From a virus, in IMG/VR virus record IMGVR_UViG_3300029913_000009, positions 34,290-98,289 of that record: 64,000 nt of DNA; one strand, written 5' to 3'. Each line of letters begins with the position of its first letter. The first letter of the stretch is position 1. The notes under the pieces were generated by a model. It ran no database searches and was not told the DNA's origin. It saw nothing but the letters and a program-made list of their open reading frames with translations. The translations under genes were made by a program, and so were the position numbers. Positions 1 through 10,781 of this stretch are shown piece by piece.

Positions 1-558
1 ATGGGCATACGTAAAGGTTCCATCATCAAAGCTTACTTTAAATGCAACCTCTTCTTGAATCGGGTGGGCGTACTTAACGTTATATACTTTTCCATCCTCT
101 CCAAAAATAGCATCCCCATCCTTTAAATCGCCATTACGCACAAACCCCCTTGGTGTGGGAATGAGTTCATCAACAGATAAAAGTTTTCCCCCACGCCGCC
201 CTGCAAAGATGACGGCCTCGTTGAACCCACGCTCGGGAATATCACGCCAGTCATTGACATTGCAGCGGCCTTCCTCATAGAGGATATGGAGACATTCTTC
301 TTCGGTAACTTCACGAAGAAGCTTCTCTCTAAACACATCCCACATTGGGATTTTAATTGGTTTAAAATCAAGGGGAACTGCGAAAACACACTTCACGACC
401 AGCCGTTGTAGGGGGTACAGTTGGATGTTAAGTCCCTGCGGTGATTCTATAAAGTCTATAGCGTTTAAAAGCTTGCTGGTATCTTCGATACTGTTTTCTA
501 TAACCCGACCAAAGACCGAACCCTCGGTGGATTTTTTGAATCTACTACCTCTCGGCAT
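1..558 (-). CDS. hypothetical protein; 5' part only, reading frame runs off the window edge (ATG at 556-558)
   Basis: Manual minus-strand translation from the ATG at 556-558 reads MPRGSRFKKSTEGSVFGRVIENSIEDTSKLLNAIDF... with no stop before position 1. It is absent from the ORF track because it is incomplete. Confidence 0.4.
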   Translation of the reverse strand, partial: MPRGSRFKKSTEGSVFGRVIENSIEDTSKLLNAIDFIESPQGLNIQLYPLQRLVVKCVFAVPLDFKPIKIPMWDVFREKLLREVTEEECLHILYEEGRCNVNDWRDIPERGFNEAVIFAGRRGGKLLSVDELIPTPRGFVRNGDLKDGDAIFGEDGKVYNVKYAHPIQEEVAFKVSFDDGTFTYAH

Positions 559-614
559 AAATGCTCCTGCCTAAGGGTTCGATATTGGCGATTTTATTGA
601 GAAAACGGGTTCGG

Positions 615-905
615 CTATCCGTTTCCTAGTTTAGCCAGTAGGTCTCGGGCGTGAGATTGAGCCGACGCGAACTCATCATCCCAGCGGCTTGCTCTTGCCG
701 TTTTAACTGTGTTGTCCTGACGTTGGAACCTTGGCATAGGGGTAGCCACCCGTCGTGCCGATGTAACTCCCATACCCCCTTCTTCGACCGACTCCAGCAA
801 GTCGTCAAAGCTGTACTCGTCAGTCAAGGCATCAACTTCGAGTAGGTCAATTTGCTCACGCCACGGTATTTGTGGCTGGTGCATTCCTGCTAACTTGATT
901 ATCAT
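615..905 (-). CDS. hypothetical acidic protein (96 aa)
   Basis: ORF from the track, packed 3 nt from the upstream gene in the same operon. Confidence 0.4.
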   Translation of the reverse strand: MIIKLAGMHQPQIPWREQIDLLEVDALTDEYSFDDLLESVEEGGMGVTSARRVATPMPRFQRQDNTVKTARASRWDDEFASAQSHARDLLAKLGNG

Positions 906-3637
906 TCAGCCTCTTTGGTTCCAGTAACGAATTTGTACTTCAGGATCATGCTGTCAGTGTCGATGGTCTCGGCACGAACGAACACCTCGTACACGAATCC
1001 ACCTTCCTTGCCATCATGCCATACAGCACCTTGAGCGAACGCATCATTGATGGCGTCCTGAATCTCAGAGTCGGTCAGCTTATCCATGAGGTATTTGACG
1101 CGAGAGCCCGTGTTGACAATGTTGAATGCCGACACATTGGTAGCCTGTTCAATTTGAGCCAACTGAATCTCACCGACACCGGGCACCTTGTTCATTGGCA
1201 TCTTGCTAGTGACCTTAAATGCGGCAATGAAGGATGCGGCAACTTCACCCATGACGCGCTTCAGGAATAGGGCGAACTGGTTCTTCTCGTCAGCACCAGC
1301 AACCTTCTCCTTGAGAGCCGCAAGAGCAGCACCCGGAACGGCCTGATAGTTCTGGTAGAACTCGTCGGTGAACATCGGTCCACGAATGTCGTTCTCCTTG
1401 CGAAGAGGGGTACCTTCGAGCACTTGAGACTTACCGTCACGGCCAATACCCATGCCACCAGCCGGGGAGGTGGAGACATAGCTGACGATGGTCAACTTGT
1501 CGAACGCATCCTCAAGAGCACCGGGCAGGAGTTCACCACCATCACCTTCACCTTCAGGATCGACATCAAGACCTTGCAGCACAGCCTCACCGATGCCTTC
1601 AGCGGGAGCCACACCCAGCGTGTGAGAGTCCCCCGAGATTTCAGGGTTTACCATCGGAGCGTTAGTAACGTTCGGGTAGCTGATAAGTTCGTGCTGAAGT
1701 TCAGGATAGAACTCCTGCACAACTTGCGACGGCACGTTGCTCGGAGAGAAATTCATACCACCAGCTTGTTTCATAGAACCATCCTTTTTATCTGATTCAT
1801 ACTTGGGGGAGTTTTTTTCAGACCTAAATTCCTTAGACCAACCAGAACAGAACCACTTATTTTGTTTATTCTTTTTGTGTTCGCGTTTTGGCTTCCCACA
1901 ATGGATACAAATCTCATTTTGTTTTGACGCTCCTTTGAAGCTTGGAGCCCCACCACCTATGTCACTAATGCCTGAGGTAGTCGGTTTATCGTTATCCAAG
2001 TCCTGTTGAGGTGCCATGCTTGCTGTCTGTGACCCGAGGATTTCAAATTCAGCAGCTTCTGGATTGACCGGCTTTACGCGCTGTCCATTGATTTCAAAGA
2101 CAAGACCCATGTAACCCCAAACAGTGCCCTTGGGATTTCCACCAAGGTCTTCTTGCTTAGCGTCGAATATCACGAGGTTGTCATCGTTTGGTGGCAGTAC
2201 GGTTGTGACTACACCTTGACGAGTGTCGTTGCCTATTTGATGTGTTTTCCATCCAATTCGGTCACCGGGCTTCAAAGTAACCACTTCGGAGGCTACCAGC
2301 TTGAACTTCATACCGAACTTAGCTGATGCACCCTTGATGAATGCAGAGGCAGTTGCCCGATTTGAGAACGTTAGCTTCTTTTCCTTGCCAGCAATGTTAA
2401 TGATGATTTGTGTACCGCTGCCCTTCTCCACTGTAACCGCCTTATCGGACTTGACTTCCTCCTGCTTTACGTCAACAGGCTTGCCGACTTCCATTTCCTT
2501 TTGAGTCTCGATGGCCTCACGCATGGCGTTCACGTTAGGCCGTTCGGTGTGGAGCACCTGTCCGTCAAGCACAGGAGACCCGCCAGCAGCGCCGTCCGCC
2601 GGATGGGAGTTGACCCCTATATCATCCTTGGGAGCTTCGCCTTGAGGCACCGGCTTTGATTCGAGTTGTGTGTCGCTGGTAATCATGGCTTTCTTTCCTT
2701 CAGACATCACTGAACGGATGAGTTCAGGCGTCACGTCGATTATCTTCTTGATATTTTCAGGTGGGATAGGGTGTTCACATTTTAACCACTGACCCTTGGC
2801 CGTCATTTGTGATAGAGGGTCGTTGTCATCTACTTCCCATGTCTTATCTCCAGAGTCGAAGACAACAATGCTGATTGGTTCCTTGAACTCCCATTGCATT
2901 TTCACCGCCCAACGCATTGCGTCGTGGGGGTTATTGAAGGCATAAATTTCACCGCCACCGTACCGAGTTCCATCTCCCTGAGCCCAGTTAGTGGGCTGCA
3001 TAAGCCGAATTCCCGTTCGCCTTATTTTGGCGGCACTCTTCGTGTAGGTTACGTGGTACAAAGTCATGTTGGAACCCCTCTTGCTGCTGGCTTCAATACC
3101 CATCCGTCGTGCTTCTGCCTTATCCGCCTCACTGAAGGGGTCGATGTCATCATCTTCGACCGGGGTGTTTGAATCTCGTGCCATCTCTTCAAAGAAGTTA
3201 AGAGCTATTTCTTTCCAATCAACCGGGTCGAACGGCTCCTCTTGGTTGGTGGTTCCCCCCATCTCATAGTAGGGGCCAACGAGACTATCAACGATGTGTC
3301 TGACACGCTCTTCCGAGGGCAACGCTTTAAGCTGCTCGTCGGTCAGTTCAGGTTTACCCTCAAGCTGTTCACGCTCATACCTGCCTCGTTCTTCACGAGC
3401 TTCGGCTGCACGCTCCTCGTGTTCTTTACGAGCTTGTCTTTCGAATCGGCTGAAGTTACGGGCAAACTCTTTAACTAAGGCATCAAGGTTGAATTTTCCT
3501 TGATTGCGGAGCTTGACGGCATTCTTTGCCAGATTATCGGCAAGGTCTTGCGTCTGCTTAGAGTTGTTGATAAGCAGGGCAACATACCAAGTGCTCTGGT
3601 TAGTCCAGCCTTCGTACTCCGCCTTTTTGTTTGCCAT
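902..3637 (-). CDS. large hypothetical protein (911 aa) with a central ADP-ribosyltransferase-fold-like segment (TLYHVT..IRRTGIRL..GGGEIYAF); possibly virion-associated or injected
   Basis: Long uninterrupted ORF with a charged/low-complexity N-terminus. The TLYHVT...GI motif resembles DarT/Tpt1-type ART folds, but this was matched by eye only. Confidence 0.55.
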   Translation of the reverse strand: MANKKAEYEGWTNQSTWYVALLINNSKQTQDLADNLAKNAVKLRNQGKFNLDALVKEFARNFSRFERQARKEHEERAAEAREERGRYEREQLEGKPELTDEQLKALPSEERVRHIVDSLVGPYYEMGGTTNQEEPFDPVDWKEIALNFFEEMARDSNTPVEDDDIDPFSEADKAEARRMGIEASSKRGSNMTLYHVTYTKSAAKIRRTGIRLMQPTNWAQGDGTRYGGGEIYAFNNPHDAMRWAVKMQWEFKEPISIVVFDSGDKTWEVDDNDPLSQMTAKGQWLKCEHPIPPENIKKIIDVTPELIRSVMSEGKKAMITSDTQLESKPVPQGEAPKDDIGVNSHPADGAAGGSPVLDGQVLHTERPNVNAMREAIETQKEMEVGKPVDVKQEEVKSDKAVTVEKGSGTQIIINIAGKEKKLTFSNRATASAFIKGASAKFGMKFKLVASEVVTLKPGDRIGWKTHQIGNDTRQGVVTTVLPPNDDNLVIFDAKQEDLGGNPKGTVWGYMGLVFEINGQRVKPVNPEAAEFEILGSQTASMAPQQDLDNDKPTTSGISDIGGGAPSFKGASKQNEICIHCGKPKREHKKNKQNKWFCSGWSKEFRSEKNSPKYESDKKDGSMKQAGGMNFSPSNVPSQVVQEFYPELQHELISYPNVTNAPMVNPEISGDSHTLGVAPAEGIGEAVLQGLDVDPEGEGDGGELLPGALEDAFDKLTIVSYVSTSPAGGMGIGRDGKSQVLEGTPLRKENDIRGPMFTDEFYQNYQAVPGAALAALKEKVAGADEKNQFALFLKRVMGEVAASFIAAFKVTSKMPMNKVPGVGEIQLAQIEQATNVSAFNIVNTGSRVKYLMDKLTDSEIQDAINDAFAQGAVWHDGKEGGFVYEVFVRAETIDTDSMILKYKFVTGTKEAE

Positions 3638-3639
3638 TG

Positions 3640-6600
3640 TTACTTTGACCCTTCAATGACTGCCTTCACACGGTCTACTGAAACGTTGAGCTTTTTAGCA
3701 ATCGCAGCCGCGCTGTATAGTCCCTCGGCGTTTAGCTCCTTTACCCTTTTTGCAAGAGTGCCTGAAGGGATAGGAGCGTGCATTTCGGCGGTGATTGCTT
3801 GTCTTGGCATGTTGGCACCAAGGTCGGCAAGATCACCGAATCCCAGTTCCATTTCCACAGACTCATCATTTTCGTCACCGGCAGAGGCTGTGTGTTCTTC
3901 ATCAAGGTTGCGTTGATTCGGATTGCGTTCCAAGTCTTTAATAACCTGCCGAACCCAAAAGCTGACATCGCTTGAACCAATTTCTTCCAAGTGTCCGAGT
4001 TGGCTCGTAGCTTCATAGACGCCTTCCAGCACAGCATCTTCACCATACTTCTTAATCAAGTCAGGCATCGTGCGTGTAATACGTCCAAGGGTGGCTGTTC
4101 CCGCTGAGGTAAGATCATCGTAGGTGACCCAAGCAGCTACTTTGGCAGCTTCTTCAACTGACTTGGTAGGTTGCTTAATGTCTCTGTCAACCGTATCAGG
4201 GCTCACGACTTTGGACTTCGCTTCGGAAATGTCCCCACTTACATCAGAGCTAACCTTATCACCACACATGGAGTCGATTTCTTCACAAGCCGTCTTGTCA
4301 CTCCAAGAGTGGCTGCAACCGAAGCACTTGAGTTCTCCTGCCTTTGTCCTGAAGCCCGACTTGTTACCACACTCTGGACAGTTGACTTTGACGGTCTTCT
4401 TTTCGCTGATCCCCGAAGCCCCCTTAGAAAGGTGTGGGAACCTTTTATACATTTCCGTCCAAACACGGCCTTGACGGCCATCTTCATCAATTTGTTGGTT
4501 AACTTCTCCCATATACTCCGAACGAGCCTGATTCATTTCACGACTGTAGAGAGCATTAAATACCTTTTGTTCTTCTGGACTCAGCTTGGGCTTATTCTGA
4601 ACCAGCTTATCCTTAACCCAGTCAATAGCACCACCAACCTTACCGGGGTCATAGTCCACCCCATGTTCCATGCGAGTGAGGAATGGCTCAAGTATGGAGC
4701 TATCCATGTTGTTTTCTTCAAGTGCTTTAATTGGAGTCTTACCACCAAATTCTTTGCTTGGAGTTGTCATCCATTGATGAGCTTTTCTTGGGTCACCAAA
4801 GGCATCAACAACTCGACTGTACCATTCCATATCGGCATACTTGACGGGGAAGCTGGCAACCTTAGCCGCCTCTTCAACTGACTTGGTAGGTTGCTTGATG
4901 TCCTTGTCAACCGTGTTAGGACTGACCACCTTAGACCTTGCTTCTGCGATGTCGGGACGGACGCAATCAGCCTTCTTGGTAGGTTTGAAAATCCGACCTG
5001 TGTCATTACAGGTTTTGCACTTATATTGCGAGTTCCCTGCGCCCCTTGGAGCCGTAAATGATGTACCCTTGGACTTACAATCGGGGCACTCGGTGAAATC
5101 ACCCCCCAATTCTTCAGCAACCTTTACAGTGGCAACTCTCCGTCCTGTGAGCTTGTAAATAGTCTCCTGCGCCTCCTCTACACTAGGACCGCCAAGCAGA
5201 GCTTTATTTGGGTTTTTCACAGTGTCTAATGCAATACGAAGCTTATGCTTATCAGGCACTGATAAATCCCGAATGCGTGGGCTCATTTTTATAGCGTCAT
5301 ACTTGGCTGGATGAATATCTTCATCGGCTTTTTTTGCAGCAGCCTGCTTTTCTTCTTTGGGCGCTTCCTTCTTCGGCTCTTCCTTGGGCTTGTTCTTGTT
5401 CTGGAACAGTTTGGATTTTGGTCCCTTGGATTCAGGCTTCGATTCAGATTTTTCCACACTTTCCACAGACTTTTCAACAGGCGCAGATTCTCCCTTGTCT
5501 GTCTTTGTCTCTGACTTGCCTTTACTTTCACCGGGAAGCTTCACCTGTGGAGCTTCGCCGAAGTCTTCCATGATGTCGCCCCAAATGCTTTCTTCAGTCA
5601 GAGGTACATCTGCGTTCTTCTGACGACCGGCATACCTCTTGTTCAGTTCGTCTTCACGCTTCTGATTAGCTGCTTTGGTCTTAGATGACATCGCGGTGTA
5701 GCCGGTGTCAAGGTCACGCATAATCTCACTTGCGATGTGTTCTGATGCGGCCTTGCGTTCTTCTTCAGCACGACGAGGCACACCCGTCTCGTCAATTGCA
5801 ATACCGATTGGGCTATTGACTTTGGGATCACCCTTTTGAGAGACAGTATCCACCTTTACAGCAATACCCTTCTCAGCGTGCTCGTGAGCCGAGGTTCCCG
5901 GTCCGACATTCGTGAATGGAGTCTCAAACGGAGCAGAGGCTATACGTTGTCCATTCTTGTCATAGAACCCTGTGCCCTTGGCAGAGTGGCAATCACGACA
6001 TTCAGTTTGACCTTCACACTCCTGACGGAACTTTGAGTCACATGGCCCATCAAATCCAGCCAAGTCCCCACCTTGACACGGCACAGACGGGAGGGACTCC
6101 CAGTCCTTGCGGCTGTCGTACACTTGGTTAGCTGCTGCATAATCCTTGACCACGCCGTAATTACCCGCCGTCTTATTTGCAGAACCAAAGAGGTTGCGTT
6201 GGATGGAGGGTGTCTCACGTTCAACGTTCTTTTTTGGAGCCCAAAAGCGGTCGGTAACCATTCCTTTACCACAAAATTGCAACCCTCGGTTGGCATCTGC
6301 GGCAGACAAGTTCGGGCACATCTTGAAAGCATCAACTTCTGTTCCACAATCAGGGCACTGAACCGCCGAGTGGTCAAACTTGGCGTTCTTTGCTTGAGCA
6401 GAGCCGATTTGACGATTCCTCAAAGGCTCAGGTTCACGTTCAACACTCTTCTGCGGAGCACTCCAGAGGTTTACTCCCTTATTAAGAATCGCGTTTTGAC
6501 CCTTGCCGCAGAACTGCATTCCCATGTGCGCGTCAGAAACATTCGGGCACATCTTGAAAGCATCAACTTCTGCTCCACAGTCTGGGCAGTTGGTTGCAGC

Positions 6601-7617
6601 ATAATCAAACTTAGCGGTCTTATCCGTTGTGGCTTCCTTGTTCTTTGCTTGGTGGGTTGTTTTAGGGTCGTGGGTTCCTGCCTCCTTGCCCTTCTGAATG
6701 AAGTCGCGGAAACCTTCATCAGACTTGGTGTTTTCAATACCTTCAATCTGAGGGACTTCAGCATTGCCCTCGTTGGAACCACTCGGTCCCTTGAAGTCAG
6801 CGACCTCGTCCATAGACTCTGTATCAGGCAGCGTGGCTTCAGTAAGAGCCGTATCGAGAGCCTCGAACACATTCAATTCCTGAGGATCGAGGACTTCCTT
6901 GGTGATGGCATCCGCCGTCTTCTTGGTGAGAAAGACCTTCTCCTTTACCCAACCTCCCTGCTTGACCAACTCAGGGTATGCTCTCAGTGGGTTATCGCTG
7001 AGGAACGGGTAAGTCAGCTTCGGGGTGATATCAGTGATATCCAACTTACGGGTGTCAACTGTGGTCATGAGAGCATCGAAAGCCGAGGACACAGCCGGGT
7101 TGAAGTAGGCCGAGAACACGAGATGACGAAGCAGATTGGATAGCTTGTCGTCATCGCTGACAAACTTGAAGCCAACGTACTCACGGATGTTTGACCAGTT
7201 AGGGGCGAAGATAACCAAAGAGGTCACCTTACCATCATCTCCAGTGAACAAGGTTTCCTTGATGGTAGTGTAATCGGCTTGCGAATACTCATCGAATTCG
7301 GTGTCACCAATCTTGTTGGTGATAAGATCGGCTACCTCTTCCCCGAGGTTGAGTGTCTTGACCACTGTACCGAAGAGTAGAGCGACCGGGAAGGTGTTGC
7401 GAACATCGCATACCTTTGATGGTACGATGTAAATGCGACCGATGCTGATGTTCTGACGAAAGCCTTTGTAGAAAACCTCAAAGGATTTCACATTGCCAGA
7501 CGTACGGGCTTCCTTCTCCCCACTTTTGACCGCTTCTACTACTTTTGCGAGGAGTCCTTCATTTATTGTGAAAGACTGAAATGACTTTAAGGCGATACTG
7601 TTTCCGCTTGCGGCCAT
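3640..7617 (-). CDS. very large multidomain protein (1325 aa) with several C4 zinc ribbons, Lys/Glu-rich linkers, internal repeats and a C-terminal sigma-region-4-like HTH
   Basis: CPDCGxEVDAFKMCPN..FCGKG is repeated twice (DNA about 6290-6365 and 6527-6600). There are also CPECGNK..CFGCSH and CPDCKSKG..CKTCNDTG ribbons. A duplicated block SKVVSPxTVDxDIKQPTKSVEEAAKVA corresponds to DNA about 4152-4250 and 4869-4965. An AGGAG Shine-Dalgarno site precedes the ATG. Confidence 0.65.
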   Translation of the reverse strand: MAASGNSIALKSFQSFTINEGLLAKVVEAVKSGEKEARTSGNVKSFEVFYKGFRQNISIGRIYIVPSKVCDVRNTFPVALLFGTVVKTLNLGEEVADLITNKIGDTEFDEYSQADYTTIKETLFTGDDGKVTSLVIFAPNWSNIREYVGFKFVSDDDKLSNLLRHLVFSAYFNPAVSSAFDALMTTVDTRKLDITDITPKLTYPFLSDNPLRAYPELVKQGGWVKEKVFLTKKTADAITKEVLDPQELNVFEALDTALTEATLPDTESMDEVADFKGPSGSNEGNAEVPQIEGIENTKSDEGFRDFIQKGKEAGTHDPKTTHQAKNKEATTDKTAKFDYAATNCPDCGAEVDAFKMCPNVSDAHMGMQFCGKGQNAILNKGVNLWSAPQKSVEREPEPLRNRQIGSAQAKNAKFDHSAVQCPDCGTEVDAFKMCPNLSAADANRGLQFCGKGMVTDRFWAPKKNVERETPSIQRNLFGSANKTAGNYGVVKDYAAANQVYDSRKDWESLPSVPCQGGDLAGFDGPCDSKFRQECEGQTECRDCHSAKGTGFYDKNGQRIASAPFETPFTNVGPGTSAHEHAEKGIAVKVDTVSQKGDPKVNSPIGIAIDETGVPRRAEEERKAASEHIASEIMRDLDTGYTAMSSKTKAANQKREDELNKRYAGRQKNADVPLTEESIWGDIMEDFGEAPQVKLPGESKGKSETKTDKGESAPVEKSVESVEKSESKPESKGPKSKLFQNKNKPKEEPKKEAPKEEKQAAAKKADEDIHPAKYDAIKMSPRIRDLSVPDKHKLRIALDTVKNPNKALLGGPSVEEAQETIYKLTGRRVATVKVAEELGGDFTECPDCKSKGTSFTAPRGAGNSQYKCKTCNDTGRIFKPTKKADCVRPDIAEARSKVVSPNTVDKDIKQPTKSVEEAAKVASFPVKYADMEWYSRVVDAFGDPRKAHQWMTTPSKEFGGKTPIKALEENNMDSSILEPFLTRMEHGVDYDPGKVGGAIDWVKDKLVQNKPKLSPEEQKVFNALYSREMNQARSEYMGEVNQQIDEDGRQGRVWTEMYKRFPHLSKGASGISEKKTVKVNCPECGNKSGFRTKAGELKCFGCSHSWSDKTACEEIDSMCGDKVSSDVSGDISEAKSKVVSPDTVDRDIKQPTKSVEEAAKVAAWVTYDDLTSAGTATLGRITRTMPDLIKKYGEDAVLEGVYEATSQLGHLEEIGSSDVSFWVRQVIKDLERNPNQRNLDEEHTASAGDENDESVEMELGFGDLADLGANMPRQAITAEMHAPIPSGTLAKRVKELNAEGLYSAAAIAKKLNVSVDRVKAVIEGSK

Positions 7618-7660
7618 GTTATGCTCCTACTTTTCCGTGGTTCAAGATTTTTACCACTCT

Positions 7661-8176
7661 CTATTTGTTGTTACCGATAGCCATGGTTTCTTTACGAATT
7701 TTTGGCTCACTTACCTGCATCTCATCGCGGTAATGCTTCATGATGCTTGACCGCATGTCTTCAGGAACCCCTGCTTCTTTCATAGCTTTGACAAAGTTAT
7801 CAACGATTACGCCAAGCACAAATTGAAACTTAGCTCCGTCGAAATTGAGAACGTCCTTCTTGCTTAAGGTATCAGCGTCGGTTAGTTGTCTACCGAGTTC
7901 GCGAAGCGCCTTAAGCTGTTGTTCAAATATCTTAAGCCGGGTGCTATCCACAGGCCCGTCGCCCATGCAATCACTCAAATCCTCAGCCACTCGGATGATT
8001 TCAAGTGCAATTAAACGGCTGACTTCAGCAGGTTCGTAGTTCGTATCGGTGATACGCTCCCTGATGTGTTCCAGACGTTCCCTGCGGAACTTGCGTTCCT
8101 TTTCGCGTTCGGATTCATAGACGATTACGTTGCCGTTTTCATCTATCTCCATACCACTGGTGTTTTTACCAGCCAT
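7661..8176 (-). CDS. hypothetical protein (171 aa)
   Basis: ORF in the same operon with an ATGA-type start/stop overlap to the upstream gene. Confidence 0.5.
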   Translation of the reverse strand: MAGKNTSGMEIDENGNVIVYESEREKERKFRRERLEHIRERITDTNYEPAEVSRLIALEIIRVAEDLSDCMGDGPVDSTRLKIFEQQLKALRELGRQLTDADTLSKKDVLNFDGAKFQFVLGVIVDNFVKAMKEAGVPEDMRSSIMKHYRDEMQVSEPKIRKETMAIGNNK

Positions 8177-10779
8177 TAAATGTCTCCTGCGTCCATCTTC
8201 GAGCCCATTTGAATTTCAGCCCGTTCAGGTTCCGTTATATCAATGTCGGCCTGAGCGGATTTACCCATCAGGTCGTATTCATTCAACATCGAGCGACCGT
8301 CTTCCGGGGCACCCGAGGCAACTTTCTTGTTAGAAGTAATTTGGTTCATGCCGGGGAAGCTGAGCAACGTTCCGCCAGTCATCCCGCAATGCATACCGTT
8401 ACGGAAGCTGCATGATCCACACTTCTCCGCACCAATGATGGCATTTTGGCTTGAAAGCTTTACCCCCATCTTCTTCAACGTTGTGCAATCAATCTGTGAC
8501 AACGCAATCTTGGTGTTGGTGTTCTTCAGGTTGTGTGCCCAGTCACGAATTGCCTTGCTGGCTTGTGCTGAACCGTACTTACTACTTGCAGCCTTATAGA
8601 TTGTTTCTACGCTGTGCCCTGCTGTGTGCAGCTTAGCCACTTTACTGGAGTCGAAGCTGGCAACAGCTTGCTTCTGTGTGGAACGAACGTGAGCCGGTGT
8701 CTCCTGAACGAAAGTATCAGGAGCACGTGTGACCCCGTTTGGTGTGGAAGCTACTTTTTCCCAGCTTGTGCATTTGCAGTTTTTGGGAGAGTGTACACAC
8801 TTACCGTTTTTGTGTTCTCGCATTTCATGTTCACAATTTTTGCAGCCAAACTCCTTCACTGCATTCTTGTGAACCTTGCAAGACGCACACTTGACGGCAC
8901 CAACGATGGCCTCATTGTGAATACCAATTTTATTGAGGTAGTCAGCATCATCCTTAGCTACAATAATCTTACCCTTCTCTTTGCTGAGCGAGGCGACAAA
9001 CTCGCGAACAGCCTTCGAAGTTTCAAGGGCTCCAAACTTCTTTTCAGCCGCAGCACAGATGGTCTTCAGGCTGTGACCAGCGGCGTGGAACTTTTGAATA
9101 CGCTCACCACTAAGATGGTCGGATTCAACGAACCCGTACTGACGTTCCTTAGTGAAAGCCGCCTGACGCACAAACGGTGCCTCAATAGATGCAGCCTTGG
9201 GAATGTTCTGTTCTGGAAGGCGGTTGGCAATCTGTACCAACGCAGCCCTCTTCGATTCGGCAGGGACTCCTGCGGTCATTTTGTTGACCACAGCAGATAG
9301 TTCGGCAGTATTACCAACAACAGGCAGACCGTAGAGTCCGCAGGACTTGGTGCCGCCATTCTTTTTGAAGTATGAACAGCCTTCGCACGCGGAGATTTGC
9401 TTGACTGACTTTGCGCGAACCTTGATACCTGCGGACTTCCACGCTTTAGCTTGACGTACACAATCCTGAGAACCACGCTTATCCTTGCCCCAGTTCTCCT
9501 GTGTATCGGGGGTATACTCATCCCGTGGATCATCTTCGGCTCTGCCTGTTATGTCATCGCTGTAATCATCTCCGAGACGCTGTTGTTCCATAAGACGGTT
9601 GGCCTCTTCACTGCTTTGAGCCGCGACATGGCCTTCTTGAGGTGCGGCTGACTTGGGAATTACGAATGACCGCACACCCGCCTTGTCGATGGCTTCATCA
9701 AAGGAACGGTAGAAGTGGTTTGGATTTGCAAAATTCAACCCTCGGATATTGGTTACTTGCCTCAAATTATCCCGCGACATCCCAACAACTCCGTCAGCCT
9801 TAAGTTCCTTGACCTTCTGTTGAATGCGCTTGACTAGTTCATTGACACCATTCTCATGGGGTGTGGGCGAGGCTTTCTTGTCTTGCCCAGAGGGGGGGTA
9901 AATCTTTTGTGCGTCAGGGAAGCTTCCCATTTGTGGTTCACGCACCCCAAGATACCACGCCTCTTGTACAGAAGGACGACCAAAGTTACCGGGATTAGCC
10001 CGAATAGTTTGGTTGATGAGTGCAAGGCACTCTTCTTTAGAAGAACAACTACCTGAAGAGCTATTTCCATTAGTGAACTGAATTTGGTACATTAAATTTT
10101 GTGCCCCCGCAGCGGCTTCCTTTGAAACAGGATCAAGCGCACCCCGTTGCCATTCCTTAGACGCTGTACGTTCGTAGCTCGGGTTCGACTTATCGAGAAA
10201 TGTATTGGGTTCAAGGTAAGCCATACCAACCAGACCGGCGTTGTCCTGAAGATAGCGGGTCGCCATCGACTTATTGAATAGCTCAATTTCTGCCAATTTA
10301 TTTAACTGGGCAGCAACCTTAGCCGGGGTCACACCCTGATTGAGAAGCTGCTTGACGTAATTCTTAATCTCACCATCAGAGCGGTGTTTCTTTTCTACCT
10401 TGCCACTCTTCTCCGCAGCTTCAAGGGACTCAGTGACCTCATCAAGAAGTGAGTTGTCGTCACCAATGGCACTCTTATAGTCCTCAGCGTGCGAAGCATT
10501 ACGTGTAGACGTGGCACGACCGGAACCGAGGCGAGGGGCAGCATTCTCTTTGTCGATGAGACGATTAGTTAAAGTGGCCCCTTTCGATGTCGGAGGGACG
10601 TTCGTGTGCTTGGAAGCACCGGCCAGTTCATCGAGAAGGCCATCGTCCTCACCGTGTGTGCGGTCGAGCCACTCGTCTCCAGAAGATTTGGCATCTTTAA
10701 GCCCGAGGTCTTTCCAATCAGGCTCACGTGAATCAAGAAACTCGTCCAAAATATTTGCGTACTTGGGTGTATCAGCCAT
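8176..10779 (-). CDS. large hypothetical protein (867 aa) with internal repeats and Cys-rich segments
   Basis: Repeated segments KFHAAGHSLKTICAAAEKKFG.. and KLHTAGHSVETIYKAASSKYG.., plus repeated CxSC..CxxC motifs. The start overlaps the stop of the upstream gene. Confidence 0.6.
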   Translation of the reverse strand: MADTPKYANILDEFLDSREPDWKDLGLKDAKSSGDEWLDRTHGEDDGLLDELAGASKHTNVPPTSKGATLTNRLIDKENAAPRLGSGRATSTRNASHAEDYKSAIGDDNSLLDEVTESLEAAEKSGKVEKKHRSDGEIKNYVKQLLNQGVTPAKVAAQLNKLAEIELFNKSMATRYLQDNAGLVGMAYLEPNTFLDKSNPSYERTASKEWQRGALDPVSKEAAAGAQNLMYQIQFTNGNSSSGSCSSKEECLALINQTIRANPGNFGRPSVQEAWYLGVREPQMGSFPDAQKIYPPSGQDKKASPTPHENGVNELVKRIQQKVKELKADGVVGMSRDNLRQVTNIRGLNFANPNHFYRSFDEAIDKAGVRSFVIPKSAAPQEGHVAAQSSEEANRLMEQQRLGDDYSDDITGRAEDDPRDEYTPDTQENWGKDKRGSQDCVRQAKAWKSAGIKVRAKSVKQISACEGCSYFKKNGGTKSCGLYGLPVVGNTAELSAVVNKMTAGVPAESKRAALVQIANRLPEQNIPKAASIEAPFVRQAAFTKERQYGFVESDHLSGERIQKFHAAGHSLKTICAAAEKKFGALETSKAVREFVASLSKEKGKIIVAKDDADYLNKIGIHNEAIVGAVKCASCKVHKNAVKEFGCKNCEHEMREHKNGKCVHSPKNCKCTSWEKVASTPNGVTRAPDTFVQETPAHVRSTQKQAVASFDSSKVAKLHTAGHSVETIYKAASSKYGSAQASKAIRDWAHNLKNTNTKIALSQIDCTTLKKMGVKLSSQNAIIGAEKCGSCSFRNGMHCGMTGGTLLSFPGMNQITSNKKVASGAPEDGRSMLNEYDLMGKSAQADIDITEPERAEIQMGSKMDAGDI

Positions 10780-10781
10780 AG

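Noticed and set aside
1-558. Terminase large subunit call for the edge-truncated ORF because of an AGRRGGK stretch.
   Set aside because: The motif is followed by Leu rather than Ser/Thr and lacks surrounding Walker A context. The evidence is insufficient.
4171-7143. Long plus-strand ORFs (4171-4881, 6073-7143 at 356 aa, 4841-5158 and others) overlapping the 1325-aa minus-strand gene. Similar cases are 31699-32175, 32491-33129, 18633-19205 and 25661-26191.
   Set aside because: These are shadow ORFs on the antisense strand of confidently coding, motif-bearing genes. They have no Shine-Dalgarno site or promoter and low-complexity translations.
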